In this document: piece by piece, positions 28,339-37,993 of the stretch | How positions within the stretch are numbered: position 1 is the first letter of the stretch | Layout of the letters: every line of letters starts with the position of its first letter | NCBI GenBank assembly: GCA_027620445.1 | Contig: JAQBYG010000002.1 | Location: forward strand, 1,130-65,129 | DNA: 64,000 nucleotides | Source of the DNA: a bacterium | GTDB lineage: Bacteria; Patescibacteriota; Microgenomatia; UBA1400; PJMF01 | Reading direction: 5' to 3' | The notes under the pieces: generated by a model | Databases searched by the model: none | What the model was told of the DNA's origin: nothing | Seen by the model: the letters and a program-made list of their open reading frames with translations, nothing else | Translations under genes and position numbers: made by a program

Positions 28339-29015
28339 TGATGAACCTATACTCAGAGTCAGCAGCCAGTTATTGCGAACGAATCGGCACTGGAATTTTT
28401 AGCGAACCCATAAATTTATTCACAAATGTATTCTTGCTTGTTGCAAGTTTTTTTTCTCTCAAGCTGTTACAAAAGCATAATCTTCTCAAAAAAAAGTATG
28501 TTTCGCTAGCGATTTTAGTTGGGTTAATTGGTATTGGCAGCGGACTTTGGCATAGTTTTAGAAACCCTATTACACACGCTATGGACTTCATTCCAATATA
28601 TGCTTTTTTTATCGTCTACCTCTACAGCCTATTCCTCTTGCTGACAAAGAAAAAAATGAGCTCACTTGGGATCACAATCGCATATGTTTTTGCTCAAGTT
28701 TGGCTCTCTGCATACCTTCCACAACTGCTTAATGGATCAATCCGTCATGTTTTTAACCTCGGACTGATTATTGGAGTTTTGCTGTGGTTAAGGACTAGAT
28801 ATCAGAAACTTAACTACCCCCTACTTGCCCTATTTCTAACCTACGGCTTGGGTGTCTTTTTTAGATCAATTGACAAGGCAGTCTGTGAAAGTTTCCCAGT
28901 GGGAACACATTTTGTATGGCACATTGCAGCAGCGATCACTTGCTTTTATGCAGTAAAGTCTCTGGTCTGGATAGAAGAAAATACTGATACTACCAAGACC
29001 AAGACTATCCTATAG
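28338..29015 (+). CDS. Ceramidase-domain (CREST family) membrane hydrolase
   Basis: YCER, EPINLFTN, GSGLWH, GTHFVWH; about 7 TM helices. Confidence 0.85.
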   Translation: MMNLYSESAASYCERIGTGIFSEPINLFTNVFLLVASFFSLKLLQKHNLLKKKYVSLAILVGLIGIGSGLWHSFRNPITHAMDFIPIYAFFIVYLYSLFLLLTKKKMSSLGITIAYVFAQVWLSAYLPQLLNGSIRHVFNLGLIIGVLLWLRTRYQKLNYPLLALFLTYGLGVFFRSIDKAVCESFPVGTHFVWHIAAAITCFYAVKSLVWIEENTDTTKTKTIL

Positions 29016-29016
29016 T

Positions 29017-29045
29017 TTGACACCAAATAATCCATGTGTTATACT
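29017..29045 (+). promoter_or_regulatory. Sigma-70 promoter of the DEAD-box helicase gene
   Basis: TTGACA-17 nt-TATACT with TG extension. Confidence 0.75.
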
Positions 29046-29173
29046 TCCCATCAGTTGATTGAGAAATATATCTCAACATGGTTTTAGCTCGCGAGAGTTT
29101 TTAAGAAAAGTTCCCTTAAACAAATTCGCTTCTTGTCTTTAACCCAACAGAGTACTTAAAGGAAGAAGTATCT

Positions 29174-30412
29174 ATGCAAAACTTTAATCGTGGTGGTCGT
29201 GGTTTTCAGAACCGGGCCAACAACTATCGTGGTCGGAATAATTTCTCTGGATTTGGAAGTCGCGGCAATCGAGGTGGACGCAGACAGGCAACCTTCGATC
29301 CAACTCCAGTGATTATTCAGGCCGGAATTCAACAAGCAGAAACTGCCAAGAATCTGGATGAGCAAGAGGTCTTTGCACCCAAGCATTTGTTTACTGATTT
29401 TGCCATTTCCGACAAACTCAAGGACAATATTGCGCAGCGAGGCTACAGCACCCCAACGCCAATCCAAGATCAGATAATCCCACATATTCTGGAGGGTCGA
29501 GATGTTGTCGGTATTGCCAATACAGGCACGGGTAAGACTGCTGCATTTTTGATTCCCTTACTAGAAAAAGTTGTCAAAAATCCAAATGAAAAAGTGCTGA
29601 TCATTGTGCCAACCAGAGAGCTCGCACTCCAAGTGCGTGACGAGCTCATGTCGTTTGCCGATGGTCTGCAAATCTACTCGAGCCTTTGCATTGGCGGTGC
29701 GCCGATCTTCCGACAGATTGAATCACTCAGACGTGGTCAACACTTTGTGATTGGCACACCGGGAAGAATTAAGGATCTTAATCAGAGACGCAAAATCCGT
29801 TTTGAGCAATTTACCAATATCGTTTTGGACGAGGTTGATCGCATGCTCGACATGGGTTTTGTGCACGAGATTCGAGAGATCATTAATGTACTACCGAACC
29901 AGCGACAATCACTCTTTTTCTCGGCAACAATGAATCCGCGCGTGAAGGAAATCATGCAAGGATTTCTGAACGACCCAGTCAGTATCTCAGTGAAAACACA
30001 GGAAGCTTCCAATCGGGTGACGCAGGAACTCGTCAAGCTCAATGGTAAGTCAAAAGTTGACGTGCTACACGATCTTCTGAATACCGAAGGGTTTGCCAAG
30101 GTGCTCGTGTTTGGTCGCACCAAACATGGGGCAGAGAAGTTATCCAAAGAACTGCAAACTCGTGGATTTAAAGTCGACGCCATTCATGGCAATAAATCGC
30201 AGGGTCAGCGACAACGCGCGCTCAGAGACTTCAAGAGTAGCTACATCCAGGCGCTGATCGCGACCGACGTGGTCTCTCGCGGAGTTGATATCGATGATGT
30301 TACCCACGTGATCAATTACGATCTGCCAGAGTCATACGAAGACTACATCCATCGCATAGGTCGCACTGGTCGGGCAGATAAAATCGGAACTGCTCTGACA
30401 TTTCTAGACTAA
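29174..30412 (+). CDS. DEAD-box RNA helicase (RhlE-like) with RG-rich N-terminus
   Basis: Q motif PTPIQ, TGTGKT, PTRELA, DEVD, SAT, HRIGRTGR. Confidence 0.95.
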   Translation: MQNFNRGGRGFQNRANNYRGRNNFSGFGSRGNRGGRRQATFDPTPVIIQAGIQQAETAKNLDEQEVFAPKHLFTDFAISDKLKDNIAQRGYSTPTPIQDQIIPHILEGRDVVGIANTGTGKTAAFLIPLLEKVVKNPNEKVLIIVPTRELALQVRDELMSFADGLQIYSSLCIGGAPIFRQIESLRRGQHFVIGTPGRIKDLNQRRKIRFEQFTNIVLDEVDRMLDMGFVHEIREIINVLPNQRQSLFFSATMNPRVKEIMQGFLNDPVSISVKTQEASNRVTQELVKLNGKSKVDVLHDLLNTEGFAKVLVFGRTKHGAEKLSKELQTRGFKVDAIHGNKSQGQRQRALRDFKSSYIQALIATDVVSRGVDIDDVTHVINYDLPESYEDYIHRIGRTGRADKIGTALTFLD

Positions 30413-30446
30413 CTCAGCAGCTCATTTTGTGTGATACCATCGTGAC

Positions 30447-31568
30447 ATGCCCAGGTTATTTACCGTAGCCTCCGTTCTAATTGCCGTAAGTATTTTGATA
30501 GCAATTTGGAGCAGACTCTCATACACCGAGTTGGTTTTGGGGAACCGTCCTGTTTTAGACTTGGACAACTACCATCTGACGGCTCAGGAAGTGCTAGCTG
30601 GAGAACATCCATATGAGTTGAGTCATATGGAGACTCTCGGACCACCATCGGTACTCATTCCGTACTTGCTGACATCTCAACTCAGTGAGCGATTAAATAG
30701 AGTCTTTTGGACTACTGCAAATCTATTGGGACTTATCGTCACTGTTGTTCTATTTGCCAAAACACTTGCCAAGAAAAATTTGCTATTAGCTACAAGTTTA
30801 CTACTGATCGTTTCACTGATTTCTTTTCCTGTAAGATTCAGTTTGGAAATGGGACAACCAAACTTGGTAATTGCTGGTCTTATCTCACTCGTTCTATTCA
30901 AAAAAAAGTTCTCTGGTTTCAGCTTGGCAGTTATAGTTTTATTTAAAACTTTTTTTGTAGTGAGTTTAGCTTCGCTTGTCACAAGGAAAAAAGTACTACT
31001 CAGCACTCTCATTTTCGGATCCATTATGTTTCTTGGAACTTTCTGGGTAATAAAACCAGAGTTTTACTATGACTTTATTACAAACAATTTGGCAACAACT
31101 TTAGCTCAAGAAAATATCCAAGCCGGCAGTCTGAACTACTACAATCAATCAATTGTGGCAGCTGTAGCGAGAATGATTGGCAGTAGTGAAACAGGAAGTC
31201 TCAGTATTTTATTTTTAGGACTCGGTCTACTTCTTTGCCACTACTCAAAGAGCCTAAAGATTGGTTTTGTGAGTTCCGTTCTTGTATCTCCAATCTTATG
31301 GCAACACTACATTGCAGCCTTGCTGCCGATCTACTTCCTAACAGGCAAATATGTGTATCAATCAAAGAATTGGTCCCTTATCTCGATCTTTTTGCTGTCA
31401 ATCACACTGCTCTGGGTAGAATTTCCCTGGTTACATCTACATAAAAATGGTGTCTTTCCAGCTCTATTAGCATCTCACTTTCTGGTTGGATTGTTCATGC
31501 AGTTGTGGTTGGTGGCAAAGATGGAAAGGGGCAGTAATCTGATCTCAGATGCAAAATTGACAAACTAG
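30447..31568 (+). CDS. GT87 (DUF2029) family membrane glycosyltransferase
   Basis: DLDNY..GEHPY, GPPS, LEMGQPN, YNQS, SPILWQHY; multi-TM. Confidence 0.75.
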   Translation: MPRLFTVASVLIAVSILIAIWSRLSYTELVLGNRPVLDLDNYHLTAQEVLAGEHPYELSHMETLGPPSVLIPYLLTSQLSERLNRVFWTTANLLGLIVTVVLFAKTLAKKNLLLATSLLLIVSLISFPVRFSLEMGQPNLVIAGLISLVLFKKKFSGFSLAVIVLFKTFFVVSLASLVTRKKVLLSTLIFGSIMFLGTFWVIKPEFYYDFITNNLATTLAQENIQAGSLNYYNQSIVAAVARMIGSSETGSLSILFLGLGLLLCHYSKSLKIGFVSSVLVSPILWQHYIAALLPIYFLTGKYVYQSKNWSLISIFLLSITLLWVEFPWLHLHKNGVFPALLASHFLVGLFMQLWLVAKMERGSNLISDAKLTN

Positions 31569-31569
31569 T

Positions 31570-33243
31570 TCACAGTTTTTCGAAAATAATGAATCGTTTG
31601 TTGCCATTTGGATAATCGATTTCATGAATTTTAGTGATTTTCGATTCTGCTAGAGTTCCGCCATTTACATCAAGGCAAATTGCGTTGGCAAAATACAAGA
31701 CAGCATCTTGAAGTACATCTGTCTCTGGACAACTCGCGACATCAAACAAATAGTTATCAAATCCATAGTTTCTTCTATTTTCCTCAGTAGCAAAAATGTT
31801 CGAAGGTCGAGTATCTGCCAAAGCCTGTACTCGTCTGGGATCTACTTTGCGATAAAAAAAGTAGAAAATGTCAGGTGCCTCATCGAAACCAAAAACGTGC
31901 ACTCGAATGTACCGTGACTCTACTGTGGATAAAAATGAATATGCTTCTTTATAACCATAATCTCGAGCTAAAATTGTTTCATACTGCGTATGCACGTGAT
32001 ATTGGTTGAGGAAGTAGCCAAATGACCACAGGCACGTCAAAGCAATTGGCAGTAACAACAAGCGACCAAACCTCACTTGCCTCAACCACGAAACTGAAAG
32101 GTATATGCCCTCGGCGATGAAAACATACAGTGGCAAGTATAAAAACATGCTTCGCTTTACATGTGGAAAGGCGGTTGTTGTGAGAACGGCGGGCAGTATC
32201 GCAATACTGATCCAGCCTAGCAAGAGCAAGCGTTGGCGTTGTGTAAAACGAGTTGACACAAATATGCCCAGCAACAAAAATGGTGCAAAAAACGGCAACA
32301 ACTGTCCAGCTCCAGGTACTTCATACCTACCTGGTTTCCCAGCAGAAAAGAACAAAAAATTGCTACTCAAAAACGTGCCTGCATTTCCTATTGTTTGCGT
32401 TGTTAGAGACGCAAGCTTATTGTGAAAAATTCGTGATACCAGAATAGGGACATGCATATTTCCCTCACGAAAAAAATATTCCTGACCGATCGGTTGGGCA
32501 TTTGTAAAAATACTATTGCCTGCAAAATTATCTCCAGCCCCAGGAATTATGTAAACGCTAGCAAATGAAATTATCACGAACACGATGCCAAAAGATACTA
32601 TATGCAACTTTTTTCTGATATCTTTCCACCAATACCATGTGAGTAGCAACTGCAGCAGTGGCAATGCAAGCTTAACCCCGTTGTAGCTAAAAAGTGCCCC
32701 AGCATACAACAATCCAATAATCAACATAACTTTTGTCTTTGGCTTCTTGACCCATTCTGACCACAACAACCACGCCAACAAAGCAAACGCTAATGCAACA
32801 ACGGCTTCACTACCAGAACGCGACTGTACCAGATCCCAAGGAGAAATTGTAACAATTGCAGCTACCACTAAGCCGAGCTCGGTACTTCGAAACAACTTTC
32901 TCACCCAAAGAAAAGAAAGTGGAATTAAGAGTGTTCCGAATACAATTGCTGGCCAACGCTCAGCTAACTCACTCAACCCAAAAACGGGAATTGAAGCTGC
33001 AACCAGGTAATTGTAAAAGGCGGGAGGATAATCACCCAAAGCTTTAGTATGAAGTGGGAGTAGCTGTCCCCAATCATCCCTGCCTGTTTGCAATATGCTA
33101 TAGGCACTATAGGCAATGCCTGCTTCATCACGATGAAAACCAGCAGGAATACTCGGCTGCCCAACAAATCGAAGTAGAAAACCAACCAGTACGAAGGCTG
33201 TGAGAATGAGATACCTATTGTTGACCGAGGCAAGCATTTTCAT
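31570..33243 (-). CDS. ArnT/PMT-like (GT-C) glycosyltransferase
   Basis: PAGFHRDEA, SILQTGRDDWG, GDYPP, SPW..SR. Confidence 0.85.
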   Translation of the reverse strand: MKMLASVNNRYLILTAFVLVGFLLRFVGQPSIPAGFHRDEAGIAYSAYSILQTGRDDWGQLLPLHTKALGDYPPAFYNYLVAASIPVFGLSELAERWPAIVFGTLLIPLSFLWVRKLFRSTELGLVVAAIVTISPWDLVQSRSGSEAVVALAFALLAWLLWSEWVKKPKTKVMLIIGLLYAGALFSYNGVKLALPLLQLLLTWYWWKDIRKKLHIVSFGIVFVIISFASVYIIPGAGDNFAGNSIFTNAQPIGQEYFFREGNMHVPILVSRIFHNKLASLTTQTIGNAGTFLSSNFLFFSAGKPGRYEVPGAGQLLPFFAPFLLLGIFVSTRFTQRQRLLLLGWISIAILPAVLTTTAFPHVKRSMFLYLPLYVFIAEGIYLSVSWLRQVRFGRLLLLPIALTCLWSFGYFLNQYHVHTQYETILARDYGYKEAYSFLSTVESRYIRVHVFGFDEAPDIFYFFYRKVDPRRVQALADTRPSNIFATEENRRNYGFDNYLFDVASCPETDVLQDAVLYFANAICLDVNGGTLAESKITKIHEIDYPNGNKRFIIFEKL

Positions 33244-34976
33244 GTTACTTTTTTAAGATCTGTAATCCACTGTTTACAGAAGACTTCCTCACTGAGAGTA
33301 TGCAAGCGAAATTGATCTAAGCTCGAAACCTGTATGAATGTACCTAAATCATACTGTCCACAAACCTTATCATTGAGGATTTCATAGACACTTCCACTAT
33401 CCTTCAGCGCGGGAATGGTAATTTTATTCGCATCTGCAGAAAATTCTGTCAACGCTCTACAACGATCACGAATCGCTTCTGTGACACCCAAAGTTATTCC
33501 ATCGTCGTCATCAACACAGGTATTTTGAAATCTAATGTTATCAAAAGTATATGTCCCAGCGCGAAACGAATCTGAGATCTGTCCAACTGTGTCCTGTGAA
33601 ACTGAGCCCGAGTGCAATAGATAGCTAGAGAATAATATCGGAGGGTCAATGGTGTAGACGACTATCTGCTCGTCTGGATAGCTCTCTCTCGCCCAACCGA
33701 TGTATTGCGCCAGCACCCGTTCTTGAAAGAATCCTGCATCGGCTCCCATGACAGGGTAACGCACAAAGTATTGACTGGCAAAATTGAGTACTGATAGAGC
33801 ATAGAGTAGAACTAACACCCATCGAAATCTCGACTGCCACCAGACAAAAGCACCCCAACTGATTACCAACAACAGTAAAGTATAAGCAAAAAATGAACGC
33901 AATAAGTACCACTCGCTCGTCAGGTTAATAATTACCGGAACTGCAAAAAAGGGTAGTGCAAGTAGAAAGCTTAATCCAATAACCCGAGTCTTCTTCCGTT
34001 GGAGTGCACCAATACCAATCAGCAGTAACGCAATATCTAAGAGGTAAAACAACCCATGACTCCAAACAGCAAACCCACTCGCAGACGGCTCAGAATTGAG
34101 AAATAACAAATGAGGTGAAAATGAATTGAGCAACTTGTCAGCAGACAATTGAATGAGCGCAGTCACTTTATTGGAGAAAAGAGGCGCAATCGGCAATTGC
34201 AAAGCTTTGCGTCTCTGATCATTCGCTATTTCGCTAAGCACAGATTGATCTTGCAACAAAGTTCCTTCAAGGCGGCCATCAACATCTTGGTTCGGTAACA
34301 TAAAAAGCAAGTAGGCCAGGAGCAAAACCACAGAGGCAACAAGAGGAACAATGCGCAACTTCCACGACTCCTTTTTGTGCTGCAAGAGCCAAATGAATGT
34401 GAGCAGTGCCAACCAAGGTACGAGCAGTAATTTGAAACCCTGGTACTGAAAAAATCCTACAGCAAAAACTGGAATAGACCATAAAAATCCTCGCTTCGTG
34501 TTCGAAAAGAACAACGCGCCTCCAAGAAAGTAAAAGAAGGTTGAGTAAACTGCATCGTAGGAAAGCCTACTAAACTGCCACCAAAGAGGGTTTAGCGAAG
34601 CAATTACTGCCGCAATCCAAGCTAATGTTTTATCGCGCCAAATTCCCCAACAAAACCAACCAAAGACGAAGGGAAAAACAATACCCATGAGTGCAGTTGG
34701 TATTCTCACCGCCAGCAACGGATTGTCGGTAACCCAAAAAAGCGGTGTCATAAAAAGAGCTGGCAGCTCTGCATAAAAGGGATGAACCGGTCGCATGCTG
34801 TACCATGCCTGATCTTGTGTGAGTGTCGTACCTTGAACAGCAAAAGACTTAGCAACAATGCCATATACCACCTCATCATGTGTCAAAAAGGGTGGCAAAG
34901 TATCGAGCGATATAAACCTTGTGAGGAATAAGAACAAGAGAATTACTGCCAAAAATAATTTGTTTTTCTGTAACAT
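33240..34976 (-). CDS. ArnT/PMT-like (GT-C) glycosyltransferase
   Basis: PPFLTHDE, LAVRIP, NPLWWQFSR; multi-TM. Confidence 0.82.
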   Translation of the reverse strand: MLQKNKLFLAVILLFLFLTRFISLDTLPPFLTHDEVVYGIVAKSFAVQGTTLTQDQAWYSMRPVHPFYAELPALFMTPLFWVTDNPLLAVRIPTALMGIVFPFVFGWFCWGIWRDKTLAWIAAVIASLNPLWWQFSRLSYDAVYSTFFYFLGGALFFSNTKRGFLWSIPVFAVGFFQYQGFKLLLVPWLALLTFIWLLQHKKESWKLRIVPLVASVVLLLAYLLFMLPNQDVDGRLEGTLLQDQSVLSEIANDQRRKALQLPIAPLFSNKVTALIQLSADKLLNSFSPHLLFLNSEPSASGFAVWSHGLFYLLDIALLLIGIGALQRKKTRVIGLSFLLALPFFAVPVIINLTSEWYLLRSFFAYTLLLLVISWGAFVWWQSRFRWVLVLLYALSVLNFASQYFVRYPVMGADAGFFQERVLAQYIGWARESYPDEQIVVYTIDPPILFSSYLLHSGSVSQDTVGQISDSFRAGTYTFDNIRFQNTCVDDDDGITLGVTEAIRDRCRALTEFSADANKITIPALKDSGSVYEILNDKVCGQYDLGTFIQVSSLDQFRLHTLSEEVFCKQWITDLKKVT

Positions 34977-35009
34977 TGATACCGTATACTATAGTCCGTC
35001 AAACCGATT

Positions 35010-36407
35010 ATGCCTACTCACTTTTTCAAACAATTGCAAAAAAACTGGTATGTAGTTTCACTCAGTCTTGCACTCATACTCATTTGTCTCACCCGAGTTT
35101 ATAAATTAGACGTATATCCCAGAGGTTTTTTTGTTGATGAGTCCTCGGTTGCATATAATGCACTCAGTATTGCGCTCACAGGAAAAGACGAGTACGGCAT
35201 TCCTTTTCCAGTCTACTTCAAAGCATTTGGTGAGTACAAAAACCCAATACTCATCTACTCCCAGGCACTCCTATACTCCTTTGTTCCTGCGACGATTTAC
35301 ACCGCACGACTCGCACCAGCTCTCTGGGGACTCGCTTTTATTATCCTAACCTGGATCTATACCAAAGGGGAGTCTACCAACCTACGACTGATCAAAACAA
35401 TACTAGTTGCTACCACCCCCTGGCTCTTTCATCTAAGTCGTGTGGACTTTGAAGTGATCGTCTTTCCCACGCTAGTGCTAGCAAGCTTGCTTCCTCTGAG
35501 ACGCTTCTTTTCAAAGCGCAAATCAAGAGACTGGCTTCTTTTTGTTCTAATCATTTCTATATCATTCTATAGCTATACCGCTGCACGATTGCTTGCACCA
35601 CTCATTCTCATTCTGGCTGGAGCAATCACCCTCTTGGCACAAAAGCGAGCAGCTCTCAAACCAATACTACTCGGAATAGTGCTCTCTATACTTATCATAA
35701 CTCCTGCAATAATTTGGAATTATTACTACCCTAATAGCTTGCTCGCTCGCTACGAACTCGTAGGCAAAAGTGATGCACCAATAGCAAGGCAACTCAAAAG
35801 TATTGTGTCAAGATATCGCGAGCACACAAGACTTTCATACCTCTTTGAGGTAGGGGACAATAACTTGCGCCACAGTACTGGCAAAGGTCTGTTGCCGCTG
35901 ATTTCTCTGCCATTATTTCTAATTGGACTAACCCAGTTCTGGCAGAAAAGAAAACATCCCTACAACTGGTTTATCTTGGGAGGTCTTTTACTCAGCCCAC
36001 TACCTGCAGCCATGACATGGGATGATGTTCCGCATGCATTGCGGTCAATTCTCTTTGTCGTTTTCTTTTTACTTGTCGTGTTTGCAGGGCTCGATTGGAC
36101 TATCAAACTGAAACAGGGAAAGCGTTGGTTGACTGTCACTACAATAATAATTTTTGCCGAGTTCTTCAGTTACTGGTCACAGTACCGAGCTGTGTATCAA
36201 ACAACCAACTATAAGTGGTTTTTTGTTGGAGATCTTGAAAAGATAACCGAACTGTATGAGCAAAAGCAAGACTTTGAAATTGAGGAGACGACATTCTTTG
36301 GCACGTATGCCACTGTAGCATTTATCTACCACTACCCACCCGAGTTATTTCAGCGAACAAAACAGGGACACAAAACAGAGCGAATTGAATTTATAGAAAA
36401 TAACTGA
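35010..36407 (+). CDS. ArnT/PMT-like (GT-C) glycosyltransferase
   Basis: PRGFFVDE, SIALTGKDEYG, FGEYKNP, PWLFHLSR. Confidence 0.85.
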   Translation: MPTHFFKQLQKNWYVVSLSLALILICLTRVYKLDVYPRGFFVDESSVAYNALSIALTGKDEYGIPFPVYFKAFGEYKNPILIYSQALLYSFVPATIYTARLAPALWGLAFIILTWIYTKGESTNLRLIKTILVATTPWLFHLSRVDFEVIVFPTLVLASLLPLRRFFSKRKSRDWLLFVLIISISFYSYTAARLLAPLILILAGAITLLAQKRAALKPILLGIVLSILIITPAIIWNYYYPNSLLARYELVGKSDAPIARQLKSIVSRYREHTRLSYLFEVGDNNLRHSTGKGLLPLISLPLFLIGLTQFWQKRKHPYNWFILGGLLLSPLPAAMTWDDVPHALRSILFVVFFLLVVFAGLDWTIKLKQGKRWLTVTTIIIFAEFFSYWSQYRAVYQTTNYKWFFVGDLEKITELYEQKQDFEIEETTFFGTYATVAFIYHYPPELFQRTKQGHKTERIEFIENN

Positions 36408-36478
36408 GCGAGAAACGGGGTTCGAACCCGCGGCCTCTTCCTTGGCAAGGAAGCGCTCTACCACTGAGCTATTCTCGC
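36407..36478 (-). tRNA. tRNA-Gly(GCC)
   Basis: GCGAGAA/TTCTCGC-T; anticodon arm CTTCC-TT GCC AA-GGAAG. Confidence 0.95.
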
Positions 36479-36517
36479 GCGTCGCTATTGTACAACGAGC
36501 TGGTGTATACTCAAAGT

Positions 36518-36679
36518 ATGAGCATGAAATCATATCTTTCGTCGCCAGATTTTAACCGCAGAGCAGGCTATGCCGGGCAAGACACCGCCAAATTTTTGGG
36601 GAAAACGCTTGGGATAATCATCGCTGAAACTGCGAAATTTATAAAAGAACTTCTCATGAGCATGCTGGGCAAAAGGTAA
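36518..36679 (+). CDS. Small hypothetical protein (53 aa)
   Basis: ATG 6 nt after TATACT; amphipathic helical C-terminus; lies between tRNAs. Confidence 0.55.
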   Translation: MSMKSYLSSPDFNRRAGYAGQDTAKFLGKTLGIIIAETAKFIKELLMSMLGKR

Positions 36680-36695
36680 GCACAAAGAAACTTTG

Positions 36696-36768
36696 TGCCA
36701 AGCTCAGGAATCGAACCTGAATTTCATGTTTTTCAGACATGCGCCGTGACCGACTTGGCTAGCTTGGC
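36696..36768 (-). tRNA. tRNA-Phe(GAA)
   Basis: GCCAAGC/GCTTGGC-A; anticodon arm CATGT-CT GAA AA-ACATG. Confidence 0.93.
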
Positions 36769-36772
36769 ACTG

Positions 36773-36846
36773 TGGACGCTGAGGGATTCGAACCCCCGAC
36801 ACCCGCGATGTAAACGCGGTGCTCTAACCAGCTGAGCTAAGCGTCC
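36773..36846 (-). tRNA. tRNA-Val(TAC)
   Basis: GGACGCT/AGCGTCC-A; anticodon arm CCGCG-TT TAC AT-CGCGG. Confidence 0.95.
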
Positions 36847-36863
36847 GATTCTCTCATCGTCTG

Positions 36864-36944
36864 TGCCCGGGAGAGGACTTGAACCTCCACACCTTTCGGC
36901 ATACGCACCTCAAGCGTACGTGTATACCATTTCACCACCCGGGC
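36864..36944 (-). tRNA. tRNA-Leu(GAG)
   Basis: GCCCGGG/CCCGGGC-A; anticodon arm TACGC-TT GAG GT-GCGTA; variable arm. Confidence 0.93.
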
Positions 36945-36967
36945 TCAAATAGCATTATATAACATTG

Positions 36968-37050
36968 TGCCGAAGAGAGGAGTCGAACCTCCATCCCGCA
37001 AGCGGGACACGCTCCTGAAGCGTGCGCGTCTACCATTCCGCCACTTCGGC
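36968..37050 (-). tRNA. tRNA-Leu(CAG)
   Basis: GCCGAAG/CTTCGGC-A; anticodon arm CACGC-TT CAG GA-GCGTG; variable arm. Confidence 0.95.
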
Positions 37051-37075
37051 ACGTAACACAGACCAGATTGTACCA

Positions 37076-37774
37076 TTACTCGGAGAATTTTTGCTTGAAA
37101 GCCTCGATGATTATGTCTCGAGCTCGCGGGACCGTAAAATACGTTGTATTTATTGTCAAATCAAACACATTCCTGCGCCTATTGTCGGTCACAAAGTATT
37201 GTTTGACAAACTCCTCGCGCTCTGCCTCAACTTTTGCAATTGTTTCTTTTGCCTGCTGATTATTGAATCCCTCAAATTCCATTGCGCGACTCACGCGAAC
37301 AGAGTAGGGGGCGGTGACATTTACATGAAGCCCTTTTGCCTGGGGAGTGAAACTGTTGGCGCCTCTACCCAAAATGACAACATTGCCTTTACATGCGTGG
37401 GCAATAATAACCTTCATCATTTCAGAAATAAAAACCGTATCGCTCACGTACTCTACGTTCAGAACTGAGTGAACAATGTCATCAATGCGAGAACGACTTT
37501 TTTCGTCAAGTTCTTTAATAATTGCGCGTCGCTTTTTTGTGGAGTTTGCGATCTCGTCAATGATCTGTTGATCAATAAACTCAAAGTTAAGCTTCTTGGC
37601 AACCGCCATCGCAATCGGTTTGCCACCACTTCCCGGGTCGCGAGCGATGGTAATAAAGGGGCGAGGAAATGCGTCGTCTGTAGGAATGAGACCACTAATC
37701 TCTTTTTTGAGTTGAAATAAACGGAGTGCTTTATCGACCATTTGCGCGTACGATCGTGCCATGTTTCTCGCCAT
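37076..37774 (-). CDS. Cytidylate kinase-like family protein
   Basis: ITIARDPGSGG, NVVILGRGA, FDLTINT. The ORF-track 5' extension is antisense to tRNAs. Confidence 0.88.
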   Translation of the reverse strand: MARNMARSYAQMVDKALRLFQLKKEISGLIPTDDAFPRPFITIARDPGSGGKPIAMAVAKKLNFEFIDQQIIDEIANSTKKRRAIIKELDEKSRSRIDDIVHSVLNVEYVSDTVFISEMMKVIIAHACKGNVVILGRGANSFTPQAKGLHVNVTAPYSVRVSRAMEFEGFNNQQAKETIAKVEAEREEFVKQYFVTDNRRRNVFDLTINTTYFTVPRARDIIIEAFKQKFSE

Positions 37775-37833
37775 TATACTACTCGATCGTAGGATGTCAT
37801 CTGCAAGCTTCACGATGGTATAATTCAACGGCT

Positions 37834-37907
37834 GCACCCGTAGCTCAATTGGATAGAGCGTCTGTCTTCGGAACAGAAGGTTGTGAGTTCGATTCTCGCC
37901 GGGTGCA
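37834..37907 (+). tRNA. tRNA-Arg(TCG)
   Basis: GCACCCG/CGGGTGC-A; anticodon arm TCTGT-CT TCG GA-ACAGA. Confidence 0.95.
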
Positions 37908-37912
37908 CACGT

Positions 37913-37986
37913 GGGCCAGTAGCTCAGTTGGTTAGAGCAATTGCCTCTTAAGCAATGTGTCCCGGGTTCGAGTCCCGGCTGGCTCA
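37913..37986 (+). tRNA. tRNA-Lys(CTT)
   Basis: GGGCCAG/CTGGCTC-A; anticodon arm ATTGC-CT CTT AA-GCAAT. Confidence 0.95.
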
Positions 37987-37993
37987 CAAAAAT

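Noticed and set aside
36407-37050. CRISPR-like periodic repeats
   Set aside because: The recurring similarity comes from the T-arms and acceptor ends of clustered tRNA genes.
37775-37987. N-terminal extension of the cytidylate kinase-like ORF (also ORFs 14169..14468, 43925..44236 and the 15534 start)
   Set aside because: These are translations of tRNA sequence.
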